NCBI GenBank assembly: GCA_002328025.1
Contig: DCVE01000014.1
Span: 5,882-69,881, forward strand
Direction: 5' to 3'
DNA: 64,000 nt
DNA from: Patescibacteria group bacterium UBA2196
GTDB lineage: Bacteria; Patescibacteriota; Patescibacteriia; UBA2196
Part shown: piece by piece, positions 9,593-18,918 of the stretch
How positions within the stretch are numbered: position 1 is the stretch's first letter
Layout of the letters: the number at the start of each line of letters is the position of its first letter
Notes under the pieces: model-generated
The model's database searches: none
Seen by the model: the letters and a program-made list of their open reading frames with translations, nothing else
What the model was told of the DNA's origin: nothing
Made by a program: the position numbers and the translations under genes

Positions 9593-10858
9593 ATGCAAAA
9601 ATATACTTTAAAAAACGGCACACGAGTCATTTTAACACCCCTTAAGGGTACTGAAGCGGTGACGATTTTAGTTTTGTATGGCGTGGGTTCGCGCCATGAA
9701 ACTGAGGACATTGCTGGCATATCTCATTTTTTGGAACACATGATGTTTAAGGGTACCACTAAAAGGCCTAACACTTTGGTTTTATCAAAAGAATTAGACC
9801 AAGTTGGCGCGCAGTTTAATGCCTATACCTCAACAGATAATACTGGTTACTGGATTAAGGTTAATAGTGAGCATATAAATTTGGGTTTGGATATGCTTTC
9901 TGACATGCTGCATAATTCTAAATTAGAAGAAGAAGAAATTAGTCGTGAAAAGGGGACTATTATTGAAGAAATTAATATGTACGAAGATACACCCAGAAGA
10001 CAGGTGGAAAATTTATTAATGAACATCGTTTTTAAAGGTAATACTTTGGCTCGGGATATTGCTGGCTCCAAAGAAACAGTTTCTCAAACAACCAGGCAAA
10101 AAATGTTAAATTATTGGCAAACAAAATATACGCCTAAAAATTGCATCATTAGTATTGCCGGTAAATTTAATCAAACTCAAGTAGAAAACAATATTGCTAA
10201 ATATTTTGACAAAGAAGTAAAAGAAAATAAAAAAAATACTTTTATTAAATTTCAGGAATTTCAAACCGTGCCTCAATTAAAATTACACTTTAAAAAAACC
10301 GAACAAGTGCATTTGTCTTTTGGTTTTACTGGCCCAAAATTAGCTGACAAAGATTTAATGGCCACGCAACTTTTGGGAATAATTCTGGGCGGTTCCATGA
10401 GTTCCAGACTGTTTATTAATATTCGTGAACGGCATGGTCTTTGCTATTATATTCGTGCCACACACGATCCTGTTCAAGACACTGGAATTTTTAGTATTTC
10501 AGCAGGTTTGGATAAAAAAAGAATTTTTAAAGCCATCAAATTAATTTTAGAAGAAATAAGAAAAATTAAAAATCAGGGCGTTAGCATTGAGGAATTAAAA
10601 AAAGCCCAAGAATTTTTGAAAGGACATTTAATTTTGGAAATGGAAGATTCTTCAAGTGTGGCCGATTGGTATGGTCGGCAGGAGCTAATGTTGGGTAAAA
10701 CCAAAACGCCAACAGAAAAAATAAAACTAATTATGTCGGTTAAAAAAACTGCTCTTGATGCCGTGGCGCGTAAAATTTTTCAAACCAACAAAATAAATTT
10801 GGCATTAATTGGACCATTTAAAAATGAACAAGAATTTTTAAAAATAATTAAAATTTAA
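9593..10858 (+). CDS. M16 family zinc peptidase (insulinase-like)
   Basis: HFLEHMMFKGT inverted zinc-binding motif (HxxEH). Confidence 0.8.
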   Translation: MQKYTLKNGTRVILTPLKGTEAVTILVLYGVGSRHETEDIAGISHFLEHMMFKGTTKRPNTLVLSKELDQVGAQFNAYTSTDNTGYWIKVNSEHINLGLDMLSDMLHNSKLEEEEISREKGTIIEEINMYEDTPRRQVENLLMNIVFKGNTLARDIAGSKETVSQTTRQKMLNYWQTKYTPKNCIISIAGKFNQTQVENNIAKYFDKEVKENKKNTFIKFQEFQTVPQLKLHFKKTEQVHLSFGFTGPKLADKDLMATQLLGIILGGSMSSRLFINIRERHGLCYYIRATHDPVQDTGIFSISAGLDKKRIFKAIKLILEEIRKIKNQGVSIEELKKAQEFLKGHLILEMEDSSSVADWYGRQELMLGKTKTPTEKIKLIMSVKKTALDAVARKIFQTNKINLALIGPFKNEQEFLKIIKI

Positions 10859-10876
10859 TTTACATAAAATAAGCCT

Positions 10877-11938
10877 ATGCTTGCAACTAAAAACACAAAT
10901 TTAATTTCTTACGGTTCAATTTTTAGGGTCGTTATAGTAATTTTGGGCTTGGCGTTTTTGTACGTCATTCGGGATGTGGCTGGTTTGGTTTTTGTGGCTG
11001 TGGTGGTAGCCGCGGCTTTGGATCCTTTTGTGGATTATTTGCATAAAAAAAAGATCCCGCGCGCGCTTTCTATTTTAGCCATCTATTTAATTTTGTTCGG
11101 CATAGTTAGTTTAATGATTATTTCTTTAGTTCCAGCAGTCTCGGAACAGGCCGGACAACTGGCCAGCAATCTGCCGGATTATTATGAACGGGTTGCTTTG
11201 GGTTTTAACCGCTTAAGTGATGGCCAACAGAACGTGCCAGCCACCTTACCACAGGCTCTTTCGGGTCTAAGTTCCAATTTAGCCGGAACCACCAGAGATG
11301 TTTTTTCTACCATTACTGGTATTTTTGGCGGTTTAGTTTATTTGGTTTCATTTTTGGTTATTGTGTTTTATTTAGTGGTTCAAGAAAACGGAGTCAAATA
11401 TTTTTTGCAATTCTTGGTTCCTTTAAAACAACGGACATCAGTCATGCGTTTAGTTGACAAAATCCAAACTAAATTAGGTTTTTGGTTAAGAGGACAATTA
11501 ATACTTTGTTTGTTGGTTGGGCTAATGGTTTATCTTCTATTGCTAATCATGGGAGTTAAATATGCTTTACTACTAGGTTTAATTGCAGCCGTTACCGAGA
11601 TCATACCATATGTAGGTCCAATCATTGGCGCTGTGCCGGGTATTTTTATTGCTTTTTCTGATTCTTTTACCAAGGTTTTAATGGTGGCTCTAGTTTATTT
11701 AATTGTTCAACAAGTTGAAAATAGTTTGTTGGTGCCAAAAATTATGCAAAAGTCAGTTGGGTTGAATCCAGTTGTGGTCATGGTGGCTATTTTAGTTGGT
11801 GGTTCACTGGGCGGCGTGGTGGGTGCACTTTTGGCTGTGCCAGTGGCGGCCATCATTGATGTGGTGGTTGAAGATAAATTTCCGCGTTATAAAGAAGTTC
11901 TAGAAGCGACCAGCGAAGAAATTAAAGATGAAAAATAA
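10877..11938 (+). CDS. AI-2E family transporter (PerM/UPF0118 permease)
   Basis: multi-TM protein with the typical AI-2E architecture. Confidence 0.7.
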   Translation: MLATKNTNLISYGSIFRVVIVILGLAFLYVIRDVAGLVFVAVVVAAALDPFVDYLHKKKIPRALSILAIYLILFGIVSLMIISLVPAVSEQAGQLASNLPDYYERVALGFNRLSDGQQNVPATLPQALSGLSSNLAGTTRDVFSTITGIFGGLVYLVSFLVIVFYLVVQENGVKYFLQFLVPLKQRTSVMRLVDKIQTKLGFWLRGQLILCLLVGLMVYLLLLIMGVKYALLLGLIAAVTEIIPYVGPIIGAVPGIFIAFSDSFTKVLMVALVYLIVQQVENSLLVPKIMQKSVGLNPVVVMVAILVGGSLGGVVGALLAVPVAAIIDVVVEDKFPRYKEVLEATSEEIKDEK

Positions 11939-11956
11939 TAATAAACAGTAAGCTTT

Positions 11957-12643
11957 ATGTTATATATTGTTGCCACACCCATTGGAAATTTGGAAGATAT
12001 AACTTTGCGCGCTTTGCGTATTTTAAAAGAAGTTAATTATATTTTGTGTGAAGATACTCGTGTGTCTAAAAAACTTTTAGATCATTATGAAATAAAAGAT
12101 AAAAAATTAATTAGTTATCATCATCACTCTAGTGAAAGTAAAATTCAAGAAATTATTGAATTAATAAAAAATAACCAAGTAGCTTTAATTACTGACGCTG
12201 GCACACCGGGTATTTCTGATCCGGGAAATATATTGATTAGTAAAATTGTGCAAACAGATTGTAGTTTGCCTATTATATCAATTCCAGGCGCTAGTGCTGT
12301 TATAGCGGCTTTGTCAATTTCAGGCCTGCCCACAGATAAATTTATTTTTAAAGGTTTTATTCCGCACAAAAAAGGCCGTGAAACTTTTTTAAAACAAGTT
12401 TTAGAAGCTAAAGAAACAGTGGTTTTTTACGAATCGTGTCATCGAATTTTAAAATGTTTGGAACAATTAAATACTGCTTATCAGAATATGACCTCGCCAT
12501 GTTCAAAACACCTTGTTGTCTGCCGCGAACTTACCAAAAAATTTGAAACCATTTATCGAGGGCCAGCTGAAGAAATCTTAGAAAAAATAAAAAAGGAGTT
12601 CCACGCAGGAACCCCAAAAGGTGAATTCGTCTTGTTAATTTAA
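11957..12643 (+). CDS. rsmI: 16S rRNA (cytidine1402-2'-O)-methyltransferase
   Basis: LYIVATPIGNLEDITLRAL...CEDTR, tetrapyrrole-methylase fold. Confidence 0.85.
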   Translation: MLYIVATPIGNLEDITLRALRILKEVNYILCEDTRVSKKLLDHYEIKDKKLISYHHHSSESKIQEIIELIKNNQVALITDAGTPGISDPGNILISKIVQTDCSLPIISIPGASAVIAALSISGLPTDKFIFKGFIPHKKGRETFLKQVLEAKETVVFYESCHRILKCLEQLNTAYQNMTSPCSKHLVVCRELTKKFETIYRGPAEEILEKIKKEFHAGTPKGEFVLLI

Positions 12644-12802
12644 AATAAAAATTAAGCCAACTAATATTAATAAATAACACAACCCCCGACCATCTATTAT
12701 TGATGGTCTACCGGATAACTCGGGTTCATTTTGTTCGTTTATTTTGTTTATTATGAGTCCAATAAACCCAAAAATAAAACAAATAATCCCTAGATATTTC
12801 AT
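12635..12802 (-). CDS. small two-helix membrane protein (55 aa), not in the ORF track
   Basis: GGAGG 4 nt upstream of ATG on the minus strand; MKYLGIICFIFGFIGLII...LCYLLILVGLIFILN; 3' end overlaps rsmI stop by 9 nt. Confidence 0.35.
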   Translation of the reverse strand: MKYLGIICFIFGFIGLIINKINEQNEPELSGRPSIIDGRGLCYLLILVGLIFILN

Positions 12803-12826
12803 ACTTCCTCCATTTTATATTGTATT

Positions 12827-14290
12827 ATGTTAAATAAATTCTATCTTACCACAACCCTGCCCTATGTCAATGCCGAACCGCACATTGGTTTTGCTTTGGA
12901 AATAATTCAGGCTGATGTTATTGCGCGCTGGCAAAAACTAAATGGCGCTGAAGTTTTTTTTAATACTGGCACAGATGAGCATGGTTTAAAAATTTATCGC
13001 AAAGCTTTAGAGTTGGGTTTAGACCCACAAAAGTATTGTGATGAGTATGCGGCTAAATTTGATAATTTAAAAAGCGCTTTAAATCTAAGTTATAATAATT
13101 TTATTCGCACCACAGACGATCATCACATAAAGGCTGCTCAAGAATTTTGGCAACGTTGTGAAAAAGCTGGTGATATTTACAAAAAAAATTATAGCGTCAA
13201 ATATTGCGTGGGTTGTGAATTGGAAAAAACTGAATCAGAATTAGTTGATAATAAATGTCCGGTCCATCCCAATTTAGAATTAGAATTAATTGCTGAAGAA
13301 AATTATTTTTTCCGTTTTTCCAAATATCAAAAACCACTTTTAGAACTATACGAAAAAAATCCAAACTTTGTTGTGCCCGCGCACAGGTTAAATGAAATTA
13401 AAAATTTTGTGGAGGCTGGTTTAGAAGATTTTAGTATTTCGCGTCTTAAAGAAAAAATGCCTTGGGGCGTAGAAGTGCCCGGTGATGAAACACAAGTTAT
13501 GTATGTTTGGTTTGACGCATTGGTTAATTATATTTCTTGTTTAGGTTGGCCAGAAAATTTAGAAAAATTTAATAATTTTTGGCCGGGTATGCAAGTAGCT
13601 GGTAAAGACAATTTACGTCAGCAAACTGCCATGTGGCAGGCCATGTTGATGTCGGCAGGACTCCCCAATTCTAAACAAATTTTTATTCATGGTTTTATAA
13701 CTTCAGGTGGCGAAAAAATGAGTAAATCTCTTGGCAATGTGGTTAATCCTTTTGAATTGGTAGCTAAATTTGGCACTGATGCCTTGCGTTATTATTTACT
13801 GGCCAAGATTTCTCCAGCTGAAGACGGTGACTATACTGAAGAAAAATTTAAAGAAGCCTATACTGCTGATCTTTGTAATGGCCTTGGTAATTTAGTATCT
13901 AGAGTATCAAACTTGATGGAAAAAAACACCGTTTCTTTGCCATTAGCACACCTCTCTTTGTCATCCCGACGAAAGTCGGGATCCAGTGCTATTAGTGATG
14001 ACAAATTGTCTAAAGAATTTTCCGAAAAACTCTCCCATTATAAATTCAATGAAGCCTTAGAAATTCTTTGGACCAAACTGCGCGCTTGCGATGAAACCAT
14101 TACTAAAACTGAACCATGGAAAATTAAAGATCAAGAAAGGCTAAAAGAAATTTTAGAGCCAGTTGCAGAAGATATTTTAAATGTGGCTATTTTGCTTCAA
14201 CCCTTTATGCCCTCCACGGCTGAAAAAATTATTAAAACATTCACCGCAGAAAAAATTATCAAAGGGGAAATACTTTTCCCCAGAGTATAA
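12827..14290 (+). CDS. metG: Methionyl-tRNA synthetase
   Basis: PYVNAEPHIGF (HIGH variant), GTDEHGLKI, zinc knuckle CVGC..CPVH, GEKMSKSLGN. Confidence 0.9.
   Translation: MLNKFYLTTTLPYVNAEPHIGFALEIIQADVIARWQKLNGAEVFFNTGTDEHGLKIYRKALELGLDPQKYCDEYAAKFDNLKSALNLSYNNFIRTTDDHHIKAAQEFWQRCEKAGDIYKKNYSVKYCVGCELEKTESELVDNKCPVHPNLELELIAEENYFFRFSKYQKPLLELYEKNPNFVVPAHRLNEIKNFVEAGLEDFSISRLKEKMPWGVEVPGDETQVMYVWFDALVNYISCLGWPENLEKFNNFWPGMQVAGKDNLRQQTAMWQAMLMSAGLPNSKQIFIHGFITSGGEKMSKSLGNVVNPFELVAKFGTDALRYYLLAKISPAEDGDYTEEKFKEAYTADLCNGLGNLVSRVSNLMEKNTVSLPLAHLSLSSRRKSGSSAISDDKLSKEFSEKLSHYKFNEALEILWTKLRACDETITKTEPWKIKDQERLKEILEPVAEDILNVAILLQPFMPSTAEKIIKTFTAEKIIKGEILFPRV
13950..13990. repeat. GC-rich palindromic mini-element inserted in-frame in metG (tgtcatcccgac-gaaa-gtcgggat)
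   Basis: perfect 8-bp stem with GAAA loop at 13963-13982; GC-rich island in AT-rich gene; left arm matches the terminal repeat of the 41271-41402 element. Confidence 0.6.
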
Positions 14291-14341
14291 TTAAATTTAT
14301 TTTTAAAATTATTTTTCCATTTTTATGGAAAATAAAAATTT

Positions 14342-15832
14342 ATGAAAAAAACATTTTTCTTCTTCTTACTGGCGTGTTTTTTAATGGCACCGGCTATCAC
14401 CAAGGCCGATAATTTGTCTGATTTTATTATTACTGATATTACCTTAGAAGATTCAGACGGACTCTGGGTTTATTTTCAAAACATTGGTGGTAGTACAGTT
14501 TTTGGTAAATTGCCAATTGAAATCGTCGATTTGGATACCAGTGAATCATATTATCAAGAAAATGAACAAATGTATTGGACGAACACGACTTACAAACTTT
14601 ATCTCGGGATGCTTAAAAACCGCAATCGTAGTAGTTACCGCTTACAGGCCATAATAGATACGCACAATTTTTTTAGTGAATCTAATGAAAATAATAATTC
14701 TTTAATTAAAACTTTTTATAAACCAGTGCCGTTTTGTACAGAAACTGATGGCGGTAGAAATTATGATCAAGCGGGTAGTGTTAGCGGCATTGCTGAATGG
14801 GGTAAGGGTTCACCATCGTCAAATTTTGTTGATAGTTGTCTTGATAGTTTAAAATTAAACGAAATGTTTTGTGGTGCAGATAAATATGTATATCAGGAAG
14901 CTTACACTTGCCCACATGGATGTTCAAATGGTGTTTGTATAAAACTGCCAGAAAATCCACCCGTTGTTGAGGTAAAAAAACCAGATCTTGCCATTCAAAA
15001 CGTACAAACAATTGATTTAAGAAAAAACCGTGGACAATTTGACTGGCGATTAACATACGAAGCTATTAATTTGGGAGAAACTAATGTCAATAAACCTTTT
15101 AAGATTATTGGTAAAAATTTAACTAATAATCAAATTCTGGGCGAGATAACCCCGGATTCTGGTGAATTTAAGCCAAATGTTTTGCTTTCTTCGCCCGGGT
15201 ATTATTTTGAGGGAAAACTTGGTAAAGAATTTATATACGGGGTAAACAACATAGAAATTTGCATTGATGCTAACAACATCATCTCAGAAAGTAATGAAAA
15301 TAATAACTGCCTTACAAAGCAGATAGATGCTACTCAATATAATATAGATAGATCGTTTGCTAAAAGATTAGCAGGAAAGTTGCTTTTGGGTGTTGAACAG
15401 GGTGGCGCAATCTGGTATGTAGATTTAATTAATAATCAACGTCATTTAGTAACTTGGGACAACGCCATAACTTTATTTCAAAAATTTGCTCTTGGTATTT
15501 TGGATCAGGATTTATTGAAAATCCCAGCCGACTTATCCAGCGTTAAAGCGGAATTAGATTCTGATAATGATGGATATAGTGATGTTATTGAGTTGCAGAA
15601 CAATTATAATCCTTATCTTTTAGGGGGTAATAAATTTAAAATTGACAAAAAATTAGCTTCTCGGTTAAGAGGTAGGTTTTTATTGCAAGTTGATCAACAT
15701 GGACCAATTTGGTATGTAGCTCCAAATGGTTTTCGATATAATATTCATTGGAATAATTTAATGGATGTTTTTACCAAACTTTCACTGGGTATTAATAATT
15801 CTGATTTAAACAAAATAGAAGTAGCACCATAA
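14342..15832 (+). CDS. secreted repeat protein (signal peptide, internal repeats, DxDxDG calcium-binding-like motif)
   Basis: N-terminal MKKTFFFFLLACFLMAPAITKA signal; repeated ESNENNN(S/C)L and two ~60-aa C-terminal repeats (GxxLLxVxQxGxIWYVxxxxxR). Confidence 0.5.
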   Translation: MKKTFFFFLLACFLMAPAITKADNLSDFIITDITLEDSDGLWVYFQNIGGSTVFGKLPIEIVDLDTSESYYQENEQMYWTNTTYKLYLGMLKNRNRSSYRLQAIIDTHNFFSESNENNNSLIKTFYKPVPFCTETDGGRNYDQAGSVSGIAEWGKGSPSSNFVDSCLDSLKLNEMFCGADKYVYQEAYTCPHGCSNGVCIKLPENPPVVEVKKPDLAIQNVQTIDLRKNRGQFDWRLTYEAINLGETNVNKPFKIIGKNLTNNQILGEITPDSGEFKPNVLLSSPGYYFEGKLGKEFIYGVNNIEICIDANNIISESNENNNCLTKQIDATQYNIDRSFAKRLAGKLLLGVEQGGAIWYVDLINNQRHLVTWDNAITLFQKFALGILDQDLLKIPADLSSVKAELDSDNDGYSDVIELQNNYNPYLLGGNKFKIDKKLASRLRGRFLLQVDQHGPIWYVAPNGFRYNIHWNNLMDVFTKLSLGINNSDLNKIEVAP

Positions 15833-15851
15833 TTTTATAATTTTTAAAAAC

Positions 15852-16376
15852 ATGACTCTCACTATTTTAGATTTTGTATTAGTTATAATTTTAGTCGCTT
15901 TTGGCGCGGGCGGATTTGCTTTTGGTTTAATTCACGCACTGGGAGCCTTGGTTGGCACAGTTGTGGGTGCTGTGGTGGCGGCCAATTATTTTGACCTCAT
16001 TTCTGGTATGATTGGTTTACCATTTGGCATGCATCCAAATCTAGTTAAAATCATTAGTTTTGTTTTAATTTTTATTGTGGTGAGCCGTTTGGTTAGTTTG
16101 GTTTTTTATCTTTTTGACAAATTTTTTAATGTTTTAACCATTATTCCTTTTTTAAAAATCATTAATCGTTTGGCCGGTGCAATTTTGGGGTTAATTGAAG
16201 GCGGATTGGCTTTGGGTATATTATTGGTTTTTGCAGTTAAATTTCCGTTTGCTGGTTTTTTAGAACACACGATTTCTTCTTCCAATATTGCTAAGTTTTT
16301 ATATTTTTGTGGCCAAACCCTCTTACCGTTGTTACCAGATTTTTTTAGACAGGCCAAAGATATTATTAAAATATGA
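15852..16376 (+). CDS. CvpA-family membrane protein
   Basis: N-terminal hydrophobic architecture typical of colicin V production protein family. Confidence 0.55.
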   Translation: MTLTILDFVLVIILVAFGAGGFAFGLIHALGALVGTVVGAVVAANYFDLISGMIGLPFGMHPNLVKIISFVLIFIVVSRLVSLVFYLFDKFFNVLTIIPFLKIINRLAGAILGLIEGGLALGILLVFAVKFPFAGFLEHTISSSNIAKFLYFCGQTLLPLLPDFFRQAKDIIKI

Positions 16377-17170
16377 AATTAATTGATTCGCATACTCACT
16401 TAAATTTTCCGGATTTTAAGGATAATTATCAAAAAATTATTGCCGATTGCTTAAAAAAAGGAATCGGCGTTGTTAACATTGGCGCTGATTTTGAAAGTTC
16501 AAAAAGAGCTGTCGAAATTGCCAATGAATATCCCGATCAGCCAGTTTATGCTTCCATTGGCATGCATCCAGAAAGTATTAATGAAAATTTTGAGGCTGAA
16601 AAATTTCAAAATTTGATTAATAATAAAGTTGTGGCAGTGGGCGAGATTGGTTTAGAATATTATTTTGATAACAATCATGACATAATAGAAAAACAGAAAG
16701 AATTATTTAAACAGCAATTAAATTTTGCTATAGAAAACAATTTGCCTGTAATTTTACATGCCAGAGGGAGTAAAGATAATTCCCATGGTGCCTATTTAGA
16801 TATTGTTGATGGCATCAATCAACTACAAATTGTCGGTGTCGCCCACTGTTTTGGCGCTAACGAGAAAATCGCTCAAAAGTTTTTAGATTTGGGTTTTTAT
16901 CTTGGTTTTACCGGTATTATAACTTTTAAAAATAAGTCGCTAGAAAGTTTAAGAGAAGTGGTAAAATATTGTCCCTTGGATAGGATTCTAATAGAGACTG
17001 ATGCGCCGTGGCTCACTCCAGAGCCTCATCGTGGAGAACAAAACTTACCACAATATGTAGAGTTGGTAGCGCAAAAAGTTGCTGAACTAAAAAGTTTAAC
17101 TTTAGAACAAGTCTGTCAAAAAACCACCAAAAATTGGCAACAACTATTTAAGAAATGGCATGACATATAA
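16373..17170 (+). CDS. tatD: TatD-family metal-dependent hydrolase/DNase
   Basis: MKLIDSHTHLNFPDF, GEIGLEYY, ETDAPWL. Confidence 0.85.
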   Translation: MKLIDSHTHLNFPDFKDNYQKIIADCLKKGIGVVNIGADFESSKRAVEIANEYPDQPVYASIGMHPESINENFEAEKFQNLINNKVVAVGEIGLEYYFDNNHDIIEKQKELFKQQLNFAIENNLPVILHARGSKDNSHGAYLDIVDGINQLQIVGVAHCFGANEKIAQKFLDLGFYLGFTGIITFKNKSLESLREVVKYCPLDRILIETDAPWLTPEPHRGEQNLPQYVELVAQKVAELKSLTLEQVCQKTTKNWQQLFKKWHDI

Positions 17171-17807
17171 ATATTGGCAGAAAATAAATTTAAAAAATTT
17201 TGATGTCAAAAATATTGTAGAAAAATATAATACCGGTTTTGTATTGACCAGAATTAAAAATGAAATGCATCAAATTAAGAGTTTACGTTTTGGTTTAAAA
17301 CAGTTTTCTTTATCTTCCGAGAACCGGCGTATTTTGCGAAAAGGTGAAGATTTTCAAATAAAGATACTGGAATTGCCGCTTGGTATGGAAAAGTACGATT
17401 GGCACATCCATGCTGTGGGTTCAAAATTTTATTGCGACCGTTTTGGTGCTCACATCTTTAGCGCTAACAAAATTAAAGAACTTATTACTGATCCGCTAAA
17501 ATCAAATTTCAATCGTTTAATTGTTTTGCAAGATAAAAAAAACAACCGCTCAATCGGTTGGTGCATTGGTTTCGAGGCAGCTGATTTGTTTCATTATAGT
17601 TACCCTTTTTATGAGCTGGAATACCTTCAAAAAAATATTGGCATGATTATGCTCTTAAAAACAATTTTATTGATCAAAGATAAAAACATTAGTCAATTTT
17701 ATCTGGGTTCAATCTGGGATAAAAAAGCTAAATACAAATTACAACTCCAGCCAGCCTATTTTTTTGATGGCAAGTCTTGGCAGACAACAGACAACCTAGA
17801 GTTTTGA
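17160..17807 (+). CDS. Bpt/ATE C-domain-like protein (arginyl/leucyl-tRNA-protein transferase-like)
   Basis: FYLGSIWDKKAKYKLQLQPAYFFDGKSW resembles the ATE_C motif YLGYWI..KM.YK..F.P.E. Confidence 0.35.
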   Translation: MTYKYWQKINLKNFDVKNIVEKYNTGFVLTRIKNEMHQIKSLRFGLKQFSLSSENRRILRKGEDFQIKILELPLGMEKYDWHIHAVGSKFYCDRFGAHIFSANKIKELITDPLKSNFNRLIVLQDKKNNRSIGWCIGFEAADLFHYSYPFYELEYLQKNIGMIMLLKTILLIKDKNISQFYLGSIWDKKAKYKLQLQPAYFFDGKSWQTTDNLEF

Positions 17808-17810
17808 GAG

Positions 17811-17969
17811 TTATTTGTCGTTTTCTACCACTTTGACATTGGCGGTGTTGCCATCAATTTCAGTTATCATGACAGTCATGCCACACTCTGGACAGTCTAA
17901 AAACGTACCGACAGACACTTCTTCCAATAATTCGTTTAAATTGTTGCATTCGGGGCAAGAATAATTCAT
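17811..17969 (-). CDS. LysW-like zinc-ribbon small protein (52 aa), not in the ORF track
   Basis: MNYSCPECNNL...DCPECGMTV two CPEC knuckles as in LysW/amino-group carrier proteins; ends NDK rather than EDWGE. Confidence 0.45.
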   Translation of the reverse strand: MNYSCPECNNLNELLEEVSVGTFLDCPECGMTVMITEIDGNTANVKVVENDK

Positions 17970-18030
17970 AGATTTTTTTTAATATTAAATAAAAGTTTTT
18001 ACATTTTAATTTTAATTCTTTGTCTAAAAC

Positions 18031-18912
18031 ATGTCAAATTATATTTTTAAATCATTATTGCTGTCCAAAAAAAATAATCAAGAAATTTATTTGGTCAACG
18101 AAACAATAAATCCAACTGGCTCACATAAAGACAGGTCGTTTTCTGTTTGGATAGCCAAAGAAGTGGCAAGTGGCGCCACTGGTTTTGCCATTTCTTCTTC
18201 TGGTAATGCCGCTGCTGCTGCGGCTTATTGGTGTAATAAATTAAAACGGCCATTAGAAATTTTTATTTCTGAAAAAATTAAAAAAGAAAAGTTACGAAAA
18301 ATTGTATCTTTTTGTCATCCAATAATTAAACATTCAACTAAACAAATCAATCAGAATTTTGGTATCATAAAAATTCATTTAGTAAAAAAACCAATTTTTG
18401 AAGCTTTTCAAATGGCTAAAAAAAAAGGTTTTGTTTTTTTACGGGCTTCAATCTCAACTCAAGCACTGGTGGGTTATCAATCTCTGGCTGAAGAAATAAA
18501 CACAGCTCTACCCAACTTGGGCTCAATTTTTATACCAGCCTCGTCTGGTACTTTGGTGGCTGGTCTCTATCAATATCTCAAGTCTAAACCACAATTTCAT
18601 GTGGTCCAAACGACTGTGGTTAATACCTTAGTCAAAGATTTTGATCAATATTATACTAAAGAAAGCAAATCCACAGCTGACGCGGTGGTGGATGTGGTGG
18701 GGCATCGCAAAAAAGAAGTTGTTGAAATAATTAAAAGTAGTCGCGGGTTTGGTTGGACAATTTCTAATCAAGAGTTAAAATTAGCTCAAGATGAGTTAAA
18801 TGAAATAAACGTTTATTGTTCTGCTACGTCTGCTTTGGGTCTGGCTGGTTTGTTAAAAGCTAGGCAGGAAAAATTTAAAATAAAAGAACCTCTATTGATT
18901 ATTATCACTTAA
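18031..18912 (+). CDS. PLP-dependent enzyme, fold type II (threonine synthase/cysteine synthase-like)
   Basis: NPTGSHKDR (PLP lysine), SSGNAAAA. Confidence 0.55.
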   Translation: MSNYIFKSLLLSKKNNQEIYLVNETINPTGSHKDRSFSVWIAKEVASGATGFAISSSGNAAAAAAYWCNKLKRPLEIFISEKIKKEKLRKIVSFCHPIIKHSTKQINQNFGIIKIHLVKKPIFEAFQMAKKKGFVFLRASISTQALVGYQSLAEEINTALPNLGSIFIPASSGTLVAGLYQYLKSKPQFHVVQTTVVNTLVKDFDQYYTKESKSTADAVVDVVGHRKKEVVEIIKSSRGFGWTISNQELKLAQDELNEINVYCSATSALGLAGLLKARQEKFKIKEPLLIIIT

Positions 18913-18918
18913 TTTTTT

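Noticed and set aside
17815-17970. Canonical LysW amino-group carrier protein
   Set aside because: The fold and length match, but the C-terminus is ...VENDK, not the EDWGE with terminal Glu required for LysX-type ligation. It is therefore called only LysW-like.
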